A stretch of 64,000 nucleotides of DNA from a virus (IMGVR_UViG_3300033066_001396:60567-124566); one strand, 5' to 3'; positions 9,449-17,942 are shown, numbered from the stretch's first letter. Notes: a model not told the origin generated them from the letters alone. Program-made: numbers and translations.

Positions 9449-10147
9449 ATGATAATTATCAAGCCGTCAATAACCGAACAAAGGGTTTTTAAGCATTGGG
9501 CAGCTCACGATACCAACAATAATTTAGCCATTAGGGAGTCTCTGTCCAAATTAGGGGTTCAATGGAGTTTGAGAAAATTGCAGCGAAAGGATTTAGGGCA
9601 CCTGAACATAATATACGCTCCCGATTGGGCTTTTAAACATGGCCTGGCAATGGGTAAGGGAACGGTGGTAGATTATAGCCTAAAAAATGTATATAAAAAC
9701 TATCTTTCTTTCATTCACAAGAAAAAGGACAATCAAAGAGCCCATGAGATCCTGGTACGCCAGCAGGCAATTTACGATGGCTATTCACCGGGCAGAATAA
9801 TATTGGTTACCGAAGATAATATAAACTATGTGGCATTTGAAGGAAACAGAAGAATGGTCGCTCTTTATGGATTGCGATGCCTGGTTGGAAAAGAAGTATT
9901 TGTGGGTTTTCATCCAAATATAACAGAAACTGGGCTGTATCAAACTGAGCCAAAAGACCTGGGACAGATTTTTCACATGGAGAATTATATCTGGCACAAC
10001 ACATCGTCCGGCCAGTGGGGAGAAGAATACGACTGGGAATCTCCTTGGAATGCTTTTTTAAATCTGCATGGTGGAGGGAGAGAGGGTTGGACTATTATAA
10101 GGTATGCCAACATTATGAATCCTTATAAGTTAGCCAGCTTTAAATGA
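9449..10147 (+). CDS. Hypothetical protein, possible ParB/Srx-like domain
   Basis: YVAFEGNRRMVAL resembles the ParB-N (D/E)GxRR motif. Confidence 0.55.
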   Translation: MIIIKPSITEQRVFKHWAAHDTNNNLAIRESLSKLGVQWSLRKLQRKDLGHLNIIYAPDWAFKHGLAMGKGTVVDYSLKNVYKNYLSFIHKKKDNQRAHEILVRQQAIYDGYSPGRIILVTEDNINYVAFEGNRRMVALYGLRCLVGKEVFVGFHPNITETGLYQTEPKDLGQIFHMENYIWHNTSSGQWGEEYDWESPWNAFLNLHGGGREGWTIIRYANIMNPYKLASFK

Positions 10148-10245
10148 CCACTTTGGGTATTGATAGCCAGCACATTGTATCATGTTTGCCTCATTACCAA
10201 GGGGAACACACTATAATAAATTTTAAAAATCTAAATAACAAATAA

Positions 10246-10539
10246 ATGAATCCATTTCAAATCATTTCGTGGTCACAAAACAATCCAGGAGCAGCGACTT
10301 TTTTAATGTCAATTATGCAACTTGAAAATGTAACAAGTGGAAGTGCTATAATTACAAAACTGGAAGAAGCAAAATCAATTCGTGGCACAAACTTATATGT
10401 GCTGTGGTCAGATTTGTGCGGTAGAGATATGACAAAGGTTGAAACTCTTTGTAAAAATTGCCCAACTGATATTTTAGAGGACGCCTGTAGTCGTCAAGAC
10501 TATTCTGGCCGTGAATTGGTTTCGGAGTTCCTAAAGTAA
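10246..10539 (+). CDS. Hypothetical protein
   Basis: NPGA..IRGTNLYVLWSDLC pattern typical of a small phage protein family. Confidence 0.7.
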   Translation: MNPFQIISWSQNNPGAATFLMSIMQLENVTSGSAIITKLEEAKSIRGTNLYVLWSDLCGRDMTKVETLCKNCPTDILEDACSRQDYSGRELVSEFLK

Positions 10540-10557
10540 AATCTAAATCACAACAAA

Positions 10558-10863
10558 ATGAAAAGTATTAAACTACCTCTTTGGTGCGCAATAGATACCA
10601 AAGGGAAGCCGATTGTATCAACTTTTGAGCGTACCCGGGGACAGGTGGCTAGAAGACTTCATATGTCTTTAACGGCAAAAAACATTGTCCGAGTATCCGT
10701 AGTTATATCCGATTACACAACCAGTAAGGCACGTACTGTCAAGCCCAAGGCCGCGTTCAAACTGGACCGGGAAGCACAAAGCCTGTATAACAAGATCATA
10801 AAGCTGTTTCCAAAGAGAAAAAAGAGAAAATATACCAGGAAAGCAAAACCAGAAACGGCATGA
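10558..10863 (+). CDS. Hypothetical basic protein
   Basis: Lys/Arg-rich ORF, ATGA-coupled. Confidence 0.65.
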   Translation: MKSIKLPLWCAIDTKGKPIVSTFERTRGQVARRLHMSLTAKNIVRVSVVISDYTTSKARTVKPKAAFKLDREAQSLYNKIIKLFPKRKKRKYTRKAKPETA

Positions 10864-11354
10864 AAGAAGAGGACTTAGTTAAGTTATTTGACTTGGCGGC
10901 AGGAGATATTATTTCGGGCCCAGGTATTGGCCGAGATCAGTTCATTGGATTGATGTACGATATAGGTGTGTTAGATAAACCGGTTGAAACCACATTTGCC
11001 TCCGAATGGCTTGCACTCTGGCCAGACAAAAGGGAACTGGAAGCGCATGGGATAAAACGTGATCCTCCGGATATATCAAAGGTAACCACTAAGCTTGTGG
11101 CTTTTATTAAGGAGTTTAAGAAAAAGACAAACATACTGGCCCCTCTGCCTAAAAAGAAATCTCTTATATTAGAGTCCACTGAAAGATACATACAGCGATT
11201 TAAGCGCGGGGAGGACGACTGGAAGTGGATCTCTGATCCGTCGAACTTTATATCTCATCCAACCAAAGGCTCAAAACTAGCTGCATATATCATGGAGAGA
11301 GCAGAACCAAAATCAGATATTGTCAATAATTCACCAGACTATAAATTTGCATAA
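10860..11354 (+). CDS. Hypothetical protein
   Basis: ATGA-coupled ORF. Confidence 0.7.
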   Translation: MKEEDLVKLFDLAAGDIISGPGIGRDQFIGLMYDIGVLDKPVETTFASEWLALWPDKRELEAHGIKRDPPDISKVTTKLVAFIKEFKKKTNILAPLPKKKSLILESTERYIQRFKRGEDDWKWISDPSNFISHPTKGSKLAAYIMERAEPKSDIVNNSPDYKFA

Positions 11355-11355
11355 A

Positions 11356-11859
11356 ATGACAACAATACTTATATTTCTTACTGCACACTGGATTGCAGAT
11401 TTTGTACTTCAAAGCCGAAGAGACGCCGAGGCAAAAAGCCACGATGTTGTTGCTCTAATTAGGCATGTTAGCAGTTACATTATTTTAATGACAACTGTTG
11501 CGCTATTTGTATTCAAAAGAGAAGAGGATGTGGTTTGTTTCTTCCTAATTACCTTTGTGGCTCACTTTATAACTGATTATTTTACAAGTAAAGGAACGGC
11601 CTATGCTTACCTTAAAACGCAGGAAGCTTTTGCTTTTAAAGCAAGTAGTTTTAGTTTAATGCCTGGAGATATTATAACCACAGAAAGTGGTATAAAGATT
11701 AGAATTTTGAGAACTACTTACATGAATGGTTATTATGATGCCATACTATTGAGAACCTATGACAAATGGAATAAGATCTTTTGGTCAATAATAGGGTTTG
11801 ATCAGCTATTGCATGTAACGCAAATATTATTAACGATACAACTACTACTACTCAAATGA
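11356..11859 (+). CDS. DUF3307-like membrane protein
   Basis: AHWIADFVLQ, HFITDY and IGFDQLLH motifs with hydrophobic helices; ATG 11356 is the likely start. Confidence 0.8.
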   Translation: MTTILIFLTAHWIADFVLQSRRDAEAKSHDVVALIRHVSSYIILMTTVALFVFKREEDVVCFFLITFVAHFITDYFTSKGTAYAYLKTQEAFAFKASSFSLMPGDIITTESGIKIRILRTTYMNGYYDAILLRTYDKWNKIFWSIIGFDQLLHVTQILLTIQLLLLK

Positions 11860-12329
11860 CATTATTAACACCAGAAAAAGCCAAGTTGCTTCTTGGTGAT
11901 CCAAACAAGGCAGAGGCAAAAAATTGCGCTCTGTGGGCAGCACCAACAAACAAGCGCATAGACAATATCCCCGTTAAAATATATATGAATAAGGCAATGA
12001 TTCCATATTGGAATACTGCTTATCTGGAAATATATGATAAGGGCGTTGGATCTTTGATAAAAACTTGGGATGGGTGTTTTAATATGAGACTTATTTACGG
12101 AACCAGACAATGGAGCTTGCATGCGTGGGGATTAGCGTTTGATATAAACGCACAAACCAATAAACAAGGAACAAAAGGAGATATGCCTAAAATAATTGTC
12201 GAAATTTTCAAAGAAAATGGTTTTGATTATGGCGGAGATTTTAAAGGAGCCAGAATTGATCCTATGCACTGGCAGTTAAAAGAAGAATTTTTAACATATT
12301 ACATAAATAAAACCCGAACATCAAAATGA
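11856..12329 (+). CDS. M15-family zinc peptidase (endolysin-like)
   Basis: GCFNMR, WSLHAWGLAFDIN (SxHxxGxAxD) and DPMHWQL motifs. Confidence 0.88.
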   Translation: MTLLTPEKAKLLLGDPNKAEAKNCALWAAPTNKRIDNIPVKIYMNKAMIPYWNTAYLEIYDKGVGSLIKTWDGCFNMRLIYGTRQWSLHAWGLAFDINAQTNKQGTKGDMPKIIVEIFKENGFDYGGDFKGARIDPMHWQLKEEFLTYYINKTRTSK

Positions 12330-13114
12330 TGATAAGACAAAGCAAGAATGTTTTTGGTTTTAATAAAGATGGAACTTTTTTTGGGGGGTGGCCTTCTATA
12401 AAAGAATGCGCAAGGAGCCTTAAAAGAGAGCCATCTACTGTGCGAGAGGCGATTAACAAAAGAAATTTTTGTAACGGATTGGTGCTTCAGTTTATACCAG
12501 AGTTCATGCCTATTGAAAAGCGAATAAGGTGCAGATCTGGTGTTCCTCCCAAAAAAAACGCCAAGGTTGTTCCAGACGAAAATACAGTTGTAGTGCCAGA
12601 TACAAATGGATATTATTATGTCACCAGAGATGGCAGGATAATTAATATGTATGGTAGAGAATTACAGCAAAAAACTACTCTTTGGTGTGAATACTTAACC
12701 GTGAATCTTCAAATAAATAAAAGAAAAACGCACAGGAGTGTTCATAGAATAGTCGCACAGGCCTTTTTGTCAAATCCAGAAAACAAATCACAAGTCAATC
12801 ATGACGATGGAAATAAAAAAAATAATAATATAAGCAACTTGGGGTGGATGACACCAAAAGAAAACATGAAACATGCTATTGATAAGGGTTTGTATAAACG
12901 ATACAATAATCAAACATACAAGGGTAAATTTGGCAAGGATCACAATAGGTCATTGGCCGTTATCTGTAAAAACACAGGTAATGTGTACGGAAGCATTTCT
13001 GAGGCGTCAAGAGAATTAAAAATTAGTATTTCAACAATTCATTATTCGATATCTAAAAAAGTTCCATTAAAAAATGGACTGGAGTTTTCTTATCACCAAA
13101 AGTTGATCAAATGA
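12326..13114 (+). CDS. HNH homing endonuclease with NUMOD-type DNA-binding repeats
   Basis: VHRIVAQAF, VNHDDGNKKNNNISNLGW; NUMOD1-like WPSIKECAR and YGSISEASREL segments. Confidence 0.88.
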   Translation: MMIRQSKNVFGFNKDGTFFGGWPSIKECARSLKREPSTVREAINKRNFCNGLVLQFIPEFMPIEKRIRCRSGVPPKKNAKVVPDENTVVVPDTNGYYYVTRDGRIINMYGRELQQKTTLWCEYLTVNLQINKRKTHRSVHRIVAQAFLSNPENKSQVNHDDGNKKNNNISNLGWMTPKENMKHAIDKGLYKRYNNQTYKGKFGKDHNRSLAVICKNTGNVYGSISEASRELKISISTIHYSISKKVPLKNGLEFSYHQKLIK

Positions 13115-13473
13115 CAGCAGCATATATTCAAGAGCGTATAAACTACTTATCCTCATACTTCCAAGAGGACTACCAGGAAGACAATATTGAAATATTGAAC
13201 GAGCGGTTCAAGAAGACATTGGTGTTCGGAGCCGAATTGCCGGCACTTTTAAAGACCGCTAGCACGTTAAGGGATCAAAGACTATCTGAATTAGTTGGGG
13301 GAGGGCATAAGATGTCTGAAGCTAAGTTGCTGGCGTATACCGAGGTGAATTTAGTTGAAGAACTTAAGTCATTACGATCAACAATCAACCAGGCCCACCG
13401 AACCCTACAGTCTCAGATATCAGTATGGAAAGAGGACTATAACAGGCATAGATTTGCTGAAAAAGGAGCATAA
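13111..13473 (+). CDS. Hypothetical coiled-coil protein
   Basis: ATGA-coupled ORF. Confidence 0.65.
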   Translation: MTAAYIQERINYLSSYFQEDYQEDNIEILNERFKKTLVFGAELPALLKTASTLRDQRLSELVGGGHKMSEAKLLAYTEVNLVEELKSLRSTINQAHRTLQSQISVWKEDYNRHRFAEKGA

Positions 13474-13502
13474 TTAGTGTTAGACAACGTAAATTATTAA
13501 TT

Positions 13503-13844
13503 ATGAGTAAAAAGTTAAAAAACAAAGAAGAAAAGGCGTTAATCCACCCACAAATGCTGATAAAAGCAATGGATGAATATGCACAAATGGTATTAAAAAA
13601 CTTGCATAAACCCCCTGTTGTGTTAGCCGAAATTAAACCTTCTGCGTGGGTCGATGTTGAAAAAAGGTTGCCTGACACATATTGTAGTGTGCTGGTATAT
13701 GACCCGAACAATCCATTTAATAGTTCAATGGACGTGGTAAGATATGATGCTTACCAAAAATGCTTTTTCTTTAGTGGTGGAGATACAATACACCCTACTC
13801 ATTGGCAACCTTTACCCGAAAAGCCGTGCGTGGATAAGATTTAA
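13503..13844 (+). CDS. DUF551-like protein
   Basis: WVDVEKRLP ... PTHWQPLPE motifs. Confidence 0.8.
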   Translation: MSKKLKNKEEKALIHPQMLIKAMDEYAQMVLKNLHKPPVVLAEIKPSAWVDVEKRLPDTYCSVLVYDPNNPFNSSMDVVRYDAYQKCFFFSGGDTIHPTHWQPLPEKPCVDKI

Positions 13845-14033
13845 GTAGTTAATAATCCGCAATCAAAAACTTCTGTAATCCTCGCTCCGTTACTGGCGTT
13901 GAAGTTGTGCATTCAGACCGCCATATTATAAAGCACATGTTATATGAAGGTGGGATTTTCACGCACTACCTCCGATTATAGCACTAAAGAAAAAAGAAAA
14001 ATGTGCGTGGGAAACAAATTAATTTAATCAAAA

Positions 14034-14579
14034 ATGGGAACAAGAAATTTAACAATGGTTATCAACCAAGAAGGAGAAAAGAAAGTAGCACAATACGGAC
14101 AATGGGATGGTTATCCCTCTGGCGTTGGCGTAGGTGTTATTAAATTCCTTAAAAACAAAGAGGTTTTTGAAAAGTTTAAAGCCAACTTATCTAAAGTAAG
14201 ATTTTTAGATGAAGAAGGCGTTGACAAGGAATTTGTTGAAAGCTACAATAAAAACGCACCACAATGGAGTAATGCGCCTGATAACAGAACCGAAGAACAA
14301 AAGCGATGGTTTTCTACTTATTGCACTCGTGATTTAGCAGAAGAAGTTTTAACCAATATTGCAAACTCTACTGATGAAGAAATTGTTTTAATAGATAGAG
14401 AAAACACCGCAAAAGGTGATGGGTGGGTAGAATATTCTTATGTGATAAACTTAAAAGAAAACACCATTGGAATTTACGGACACATAGACAAAGAACCAAT
14501 GAAAGTTTACAAACTTGATGAACTACCCGAAGAAGATGTTTTTGTTTCAGAGATAGAAGGTGTTGAAGAAGAAGATTAA
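14034..14579 (+). CDS. Conserved phage hypothetical protein (cassette gene)
   Basis: MGTR..YGQWDGYPSG ... EYSYVINL pattern. Confidence 0.8.
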   Translation: MGTRNLTMVINQEGEKKVAQYGQWDGYPSGVGVGVIKFLKNKEVFEKFKANLSKVRFLDEEGVDKEFVESYNKNAPQWSNAPDNRTEEQKRWFSTYCTRDLAEEVLTNIANSTDEEIVLIDRENTAKGDGWVEYSYVINLKENTIGIYGHIDKEPMKVYKLDELPEEDVFVSEIEGVEEED

Positions 14580-14595
14580 AAAGAAGCGTGGGCAA

Positions 14596-14826
14596 ATGAT
14601 TAGATTTCTAAATTTAAAAGACCAAATCTGCGAAGGACAAAACGACTTTGCATTTTATGATACAGTAAGCGATACTATTTGCTCATTCGGAGAACAGGGA
14701 GAACAAATATTTAGTAGTGTTGCAGAATTTCAATACGCTTACGGAAAAGAACAAGAAGGAACAACAAGACCATTAAGCAGATTTGTGTCTTTAATTCCAG
14801 AAAATTATTTTGAAAACGAGAAGTAG
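14596..14826 (+). CDS. Hypothetical protein (cassette gene)
   Basis: ATG 14596 (MIRFLNL..FAFYDTV); ends just before an attC-like site. Confidence 0.65.
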   Translation: MIRFLNLKDQICEGQNDFAFYDTVSDTICSFGEQGEQIFSSVAEFQYAYGKEQEGTTRPLSRFVSLIPENYFENEK

Positions 14827-14833
14827 TGCTTGC

Positions 14834-14964
14834 CTATAACGTATGGTGCTTGCCGAAGGGCGGATTTAGAATTACAAATGTTCAATTACTTACTTATGTC
14901 AAATAGAAATACTAATGTTCAGGGCTTGCACGTCAGCCCGCCTTTTGGCAAACACGTGTTAGGC
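14834..14964 (+). repeat. attC-like site A
   Basis: CTATAAC (14834-40) ... TTGCCGAAGGGCGG / CCGCCTTTTGGCAA inverted repeat ... GTTAGGC (14958-64). Confidence 0.7.
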
Positions 14965-16731
14965 GAAGATGCTTTTACGGTACTTTCCTTATTCGATGGA
15001 ATGTCGTGTGGCCAAATGGCTTTAAAACGTGCAGGGTTTAATATTACCAAGTATTATGCTTGTGAAATTGATAAATATGCTATACAAGTAACTCAAAAAA
15101 ACTTTCCTAATACGATTCAATTAGGAGATGTTACAAAAGTTTCGGCAAAGGATTTATCAAAAGTAAATTTGCTTATTGGTGGTAGCCCGTGCCAGGGATT
15201 TAGTTTTGCTGGTAAGCAATTAAATTTTGAAGACCCAAGAAGCAAACTGTTTTTTGAGTATGTGAGATTGCTAAATGAAATTAGAGAAATAAATCCTAAT
15301 GTACTTTTCTTACTTGAAAACGTGGTAATGAAAAAAGAGTATCAAGATATAATTTCGGAACATTTAGGCGTACAACCTATTTTGATTAATAGTTCACTTG
15401 TATCGGCTCAAAATCGCAAACGATTATACTGGACTAATATTGGTAAAATTTCACAACCAAAAGACAAAGGTATTACTTGGGGTGATGTAAGAGAACACAA
15501 TATAGAATGGGGTGCAATGTATTATACCGATAAAGCAATGGATTGGATAGGGAAACACGGAACAAGAAAAGGAAAGCCTTTGAAAATTCACGCTGATAAT
15601 GAAAAAATGCAAATGCTTGAAGCAAGTCACCACAAAAAATATAGTTCACAAAGGTTTTTTGGAATAATAGACCAACCTGCCCAAATAACTGGGCGTAGGC
15701 TTAATGAATTTGGCAAAAGAGAAGATTATAACAAAAATATCAAAACTACTCAATGTTTAGAAGTAAGAGGTGGCGATAAAGTAAATTGCCTTACAACTGT
15801 TCAAAAGGATAATGTAATTAGTGTATTACCAATAGGAAGATACCCTGATGTGTTTAAAGAATTGGAAGAGGGTAAGCATTATAGATACATTACTCCAATT
15901 GAATGTGAAAGATTGCAAACTGTACCTGATAATGAAATTATTTGTATATTTGCATTATGTTTAGACCGAGCAAAGAATTATGTAAATGCGGTAGAGCAAA
16001 ATCCCAAGTTGCTAAAACTTGCTTTGAGTGCCGAAAAAACAGAGTTGAACGAGTTTGTAAAACTTGTAATTCAAAATACATTACAAAGCAATCAACAAAC
16101 AAAGTATATTGCTCAAGTAAATGTAGATATGCAGATACAAATGCAAACAAATCAATGCACAGCAAACAATCAGAAAGACAGCAATATAATTGCAAACAAT
16201 GCGGCAAATATTGCGATGTGCAAAAATCAAAATATAGGGGCGGATTTTGTTCATCCAAATGTTTTTATAAATATAACAGAGGGGAGAATAACCCACTTTG
16301 GAATGGAGGAATTACACCAGAAAGGCAAACATTCTACAAATCAATTGAATGGAAACAAGCCGTTGCTCTTGTCTGGGAACGAGATAATGGAACTTGTCAA
16401 AGATGTAAATGCCGGAATAACAAGGGAAAAAGATATGAATTTCACATTCACCACATTATCAGTTTTAAACACAAACAGTTTAGAACTGATGTTAGCAACC
16501 TACTACTTGTTTGCAAAAAGTGCCATAATTGGATTCACTCAAAACACAACAAGTCAAAAGAGTATATCGGTTCAATTCAAAATAAATGATGGATACACAA
16601 GCATTGTAAGTAATTCTCAAAGGTACAGAATGCTTGGTAATGGTTGGACTGTTGATGTCATAAGTCATATTTTTAACCATATCAAAAAAGAAGTTTCAAG
16701 TTACGAGGGTGCTTCTTGCATTTTCGCCTAA
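14896..16731 (+). CDS. C5-cytosine DNA methyltransferase carrying a 220-codon in-frame insertion
   Basis: Motif I LSLFDGMSCG, IV GGSPCQG, VI LENV, VIII QNRKRLYW, IX ECERLQTVPD, X RYRMLGNGW. The start codon is uncertain (14830/14878/14896). Confidence 0.88.
   Translation: MSNRNTNVQGLHVSPPFGKHVLGEDAFTVLSLFDGMSCGQMALKRAGFNITKYYACEIDKYAIQVTQKNFPNTIQLGDVTKVSAKDLSKVNLLIGGSPCQGFSFAGKQLNFEDPRSKLFFEYVRLLNEIREINPNVLFLLENVVMKKEYQDIISEHLGVQPILINSSLVSAQNRKRLYWTNIGKISQPKDKGITWGDVREHNIEWGAMYYTDKAMDWIGKHGTRKGKPLKIHADNEKMQMLEASHHKKYSSQRFFGIIDQPAQITGRRLNEFGKREDYNKNIKTTQCLEVRGGDKVNCLTTVQKDNVISVLPIGRYPDVFKELEEGKHYRYITPIECERLQTVPDNEIICIFALCLDRAKNYVNAVEQNPKLLKLALSAEKTELNEFVKLVIQNTLQSNQQTKYIAQVNVDMQIQMQTNQCTANNQKDSNIIANNAANIAMCKNQNIGADFVHPNVFINITEGRITHFGMEELHQKGKHSTNQLNGNKPLLLSGNEIMELVKDVNAGITREKDMNFTFTTLSVLNTNSLELMLATYYLFAKSAIIGFTQNTTSQKSISVQFKINDGYTSIVSNSQRYRMLGNGWTVDVISHIFNHIKKEVSSYEGASCIFA
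15945..15952 (+). promoter_or_regulatory. TAnnTTTG promoter for the nested HNH gene (probably leaderless)
   Basis: TATATTTG lies 4 nt before ATG 15957, inside the insertion. Confidence 0.6.
15957..16589 (+). CDS. Zinc-finger HNH endonuclease nested out of frame in the methyltransferase
   Basis: Multiple CxxC / YCSxKC repeats, NPLWNGG, WERDNGTCQRC, HIHHI..NLLLVCKKCHNWIH. Confidence 0.9.
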   Translation: MFRPSKELCKCGRAKSQVAKTCFECRKNRVERVCKTCNSKYITKQSTNKVYCSSKCRYADTNANKSMHSKQSERQQYNCKQCGKYCDVQKSKYRGGFCSSKCFYKYNRGENNPLWNGGITPERQTFYKSIEWKQAVALVWERDNGTCQRCKCRNNKGKRYEFHIHHIISFKHKQFRTDVSNLLLVCKKCHNWIHSKHNKSKEYIGSIQNK

Positions 16732-16853
16732 CGGTAGGGCTTTGCGATGTGTGGGCATCGAAGCACAAAAGCTGAATAACCCACAAAAGCATCATAGAAG
16801 TACGATGCTGAATATTAGTACTTCTGCCACATATAGCAAAACCCCTGTTATAT
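16726..16853 (+). repeat. attC-like site B
   Basis: GCCTAAC ... GGGCTTTGCGATGTGTGG / CCACATATAGCAAAACCC ... GTTATAT. Confidence 0.72.
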
Positions 16854-16885
16854 GCTGTGCTTTCTTAGGGGTGTAAAATTTAGAT

Positions 16886-17224
16886 ATGGCAAAAACAGTC
16901 AAGTTACAAGAACTAAACAGACAATATGAATTTGTCTGTAATGAATGGGTAAGAAAATTTTGCAATAAACAGCAAATTGATTTTGATGGTTGGGTAGGTG
17001 ATGAAGTTGGTGGCATTGCTTCGTTTGCTTGTCAATATTTTTTCAATTTGTCTGATATTATTTTAGACTTAAACACAAAGCAACCAAAAGGTAATATTTT
17101 AGATTGGCAAAGTGAAGATGTTGATTTTAATATGTTCAATGAAAAACAACAACATATTAATTACAAATCTTACACAATGGGTTTAAGGCACGAACAATTA
17201 AAAAATGTAAGCAATGAAAAGTAG
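16886..17224 (+). CDS. Hypothetical protein (cassette gene)
   Basis: ORF immediately after attC-like site B. Confidence 0.75.
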   Translation: MAKTVKLQELNRQYEFVCNEWVRKFCNKQQIDFDGWVGDEVGGIASFACQYFFNLSDIILDLNTKQPKGNILDWQSEDVDFNMFNEKQQHINYKSYTMGLRHEQLKNVSNEK

Positions 17225-17537
17225 TTTAAGATTACCGATAAGGATAAAAGCAAAACACAAATTAATGAAATGGGATGTTGTATTAAACCCTGTATTCTTT
17301 ATGTATCATAATGCTTTTGAGGTAAAGGTAATTAAAGGCAGTTTGTCAAGTAGCATTTTTTGCTGTAAAATATCTGAATTTGAATATAACTGGTATGCTA
17401 AATGTCAAATATGGTTTATATGGAAAATATACTGGTGTCGTAATGTTTTTTGGCGATATGTAAGGTATCAACTTCCTTATAAAATTAGGATGTATTTTAA
17501 AACGAAACAAGCTATGTCCGATGACTTGCCATTTTAG
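17214..17537 (+). CDS. Hypothetical protein (cassette gene), ends in DDLPF
   Basis: Overlapping start; ends just before site C. Confidence 0.6.
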   Translation: MKSSLRLPIRIKAKHKLMKWDVVLNPVFFMYHNAFEVKVIKGSLSSSIFCCKISEFEYNWYAKCQIWFIWKIYWCRNVFWRYVRYQLPYKIRMYFKTKQAMSDDLPF

Positions 17538-17555
17538 AGTGCTGCACAGCATAGC

Positions 17556-17703
17556 ATATAACGGTAGGGATTTACGCTCGTTATTTTTAGCGGGATTAGA
17601 AGCAAAAACTTTAATAAACAACTAAATATAAATAAAATGAAACAGACATCAAAAAAAGCGAAAATGCCCGCTAAAAATAATGGCGTTAAATCTATTGTTA
17701 GCA
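17556..17703 (+). repeat. attC-like site C
   Basis: ATATAAC ... TTATTTTTAGCGGG / CCCGCTAAAAATAA ... GTTAGCA. Confidence 0.72.
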
Positions 17704-17924
17704 GCAGTAGCGTGTTCATAAATGACCGTTACTCTCATTTGAAATTCAAAACAATGGCAACACCAACTCAACTAACTATTGGAATGATGGTGCAGATTTG
17801 TGAAAGCAACAAACAACCATTAAGTTGGGAATGGAATGAGATAACAGTTGAGTTGCTAAATAAATTGTTGGTGATGCCATCCGATAAATACAAATGGATA
17901 CGGATACCGAGCTATTGCTGCTAA
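17637..17924 (+). CDS. Hypothetical protein (cassette gene starting inside site C)
   Basis: Its stop codon is the TAA of the terminal GCTAAC. Confidence 0.55.
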   Translation: MKQTSKKAKMPAKNNGVKSIVSSSSVFINDRYSHLKFKTMATPTQLTIGMMVQICESNKQPLSWEWNEITVELLNKLLVMPSDKYKWIRIPSYCC

Positions 17925-17942
17925 CATCTGTATTGACGCAAT

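Larger units (their letters stand above)
13479..17925 (+). mobile_element. Integron-like gene cassette array (attC-like sites, no integrase in window)
   Basis: Repeated TAAC...GTT-bounded hairpins of 128-148 bp separate the genes, cassette ends are complementary, and the block is visibly more AT-rich than its flanks. Confidence 0.7.

Noticed and set aside
14830-14877. TTG start at 14830 for the methyltransferase
   Set aside because: It lies in the left arm of the attC-like site; ATG 14878 or 14896 is more plausible.
15931-16590. Intein or group I intron as the explanation for the methyltransferase insert
   Set aside because: There are no intein terminal residues in the host frame, the endonuclease is out of frame, and almost no non-coding sequence remains for a ribozyme core.
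13479-17925. CRISPR array or simple terminators as the explanation for the repeated hairpins
   Set aside because: The elements differ in sequence, are 128-148 bp long, are separated by whole genes, lack U-tracts, and no cas genes are present.
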